NCBI GenBank assembly: GCA_963718915.1
Contig: CAVRAI010000007.1
Location: 270,001-302,000 of the forward strand
From: an uncultured Chloroflexia bacterium
GTDB lineage: Bacteria > Chloroflexota > Ktedonobacteria > Ktedonobacterales > JADMIN01
Direction of reading: 5' to 3'
Length of the DNA stretch: 32,000 bases
In this document: in pieces, positions 31,743 to 32,000 of the stretch
Numbering within the stretch: the first letter of the stretch is position 1
Layout: the number at the start of each line of letters is the position of its first letter
Notes under the pieces: generated by a model
Told to the model about the DNA's origin: nothing
Seen by the model: only the letters and a program-made list of their open reading frames with translations
Databases searched by the model: none
Position numbers and translations under genes: made by a program

Positions 31743-32000
31743 AGCCAGGCAGCGGGCGAGTAATGCGATGTACCGTGAAGGTTCGGTACGACTGGACACG
31801 AGTATAGCGGAGCTTGTGTATGCTGTCCACCCCTTGTCTGGAGCGCGACGGAGCCATCTTCGCGGGAGCATGTAGGGCTGTGGGTAGCTGGTACTGGCTC
31901 AACTGGCCCACTTGTCTAACTTCGTTGACGGGCAACCAGTAATGTTCTACCATCGGCAAAGCGGTTGCTGAGAGCAAGCAATGACCAAAAATGAGGTGAG

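Noticed and set aside
31981-32000. Possible plus-strand gene start (ATGACCAAAAATGAGGTG...) at the window edge
   Set aside because: Only 20 nt are visible, which is not enough evidence.

Overview
High-GC (about 60-65% by eye) bacterial chromosomal window. The protein styles suggest Chloroflexota (Ktedonobacteria-like) or Actinobacteria, but that is inference only. All calls come from reading the ORF track and DNA by eye; no searches were run, so family names are motif-level recognitions. Left to right: (1) a membrane-protein fragment, then an AT-rich islet with a near-consensus sigma70 promoter driving a secreted Cys-rich DUF2690-like protein. (2) A hypothetical gene, then an ECF sigma factor with an overlapping zinc-binding anti-sigma factor. 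(3) Two copies of tRNA-Arg(UCU) sharing a perfect 74-nt direct repeat. They bracket a 2.2-kb insert with no integrase that carries an AbiEi/AbiEii toxin-antitoxin pair and a divergent SSB-like OB-fold gene. (4) DinB-like genes, a membrane protein, a Cys-rich small protein, and an inverted pair of sensor-like membrane paralogs, one of them frameshifted. (5) The most unusual block: a seven-gene plus-strand cluster with short or overlapping junctions. It encodes a NarI-like membrane subunit with a zinc ribbon, a NarB/NasA-like Mo-bisPGD catalytic subunit, a four-cluster FeS subunit, a bc-type Rieske protein, a small acidic 2-TM protein, an HPP-family protein and an NnrS-like protein. Covarying hairpin repeats sit in its intergenic gaps. 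This looks like a nitrate/nitrogen-oxide redox module wired through a Rieske and b-type membrane unit, which I do not recognise as a described enzyme architecture. (6) Two tandem LAL-type (AAA ATPase-TPR-LuxR HTH) regulators, followed by two DUF4242 paralogs that each sit behind the same duplicated promoter/operator module. (7) A secreted protein with an internal twin-arginine motif, convergent with a cupredoxin lipoprotein and NosD-like beta-helix operon. That operon is preceded by a perfect 10-bp x 3.3 tandem repeat. No rRNA, CRISPR array, transposase or integrase was seen.
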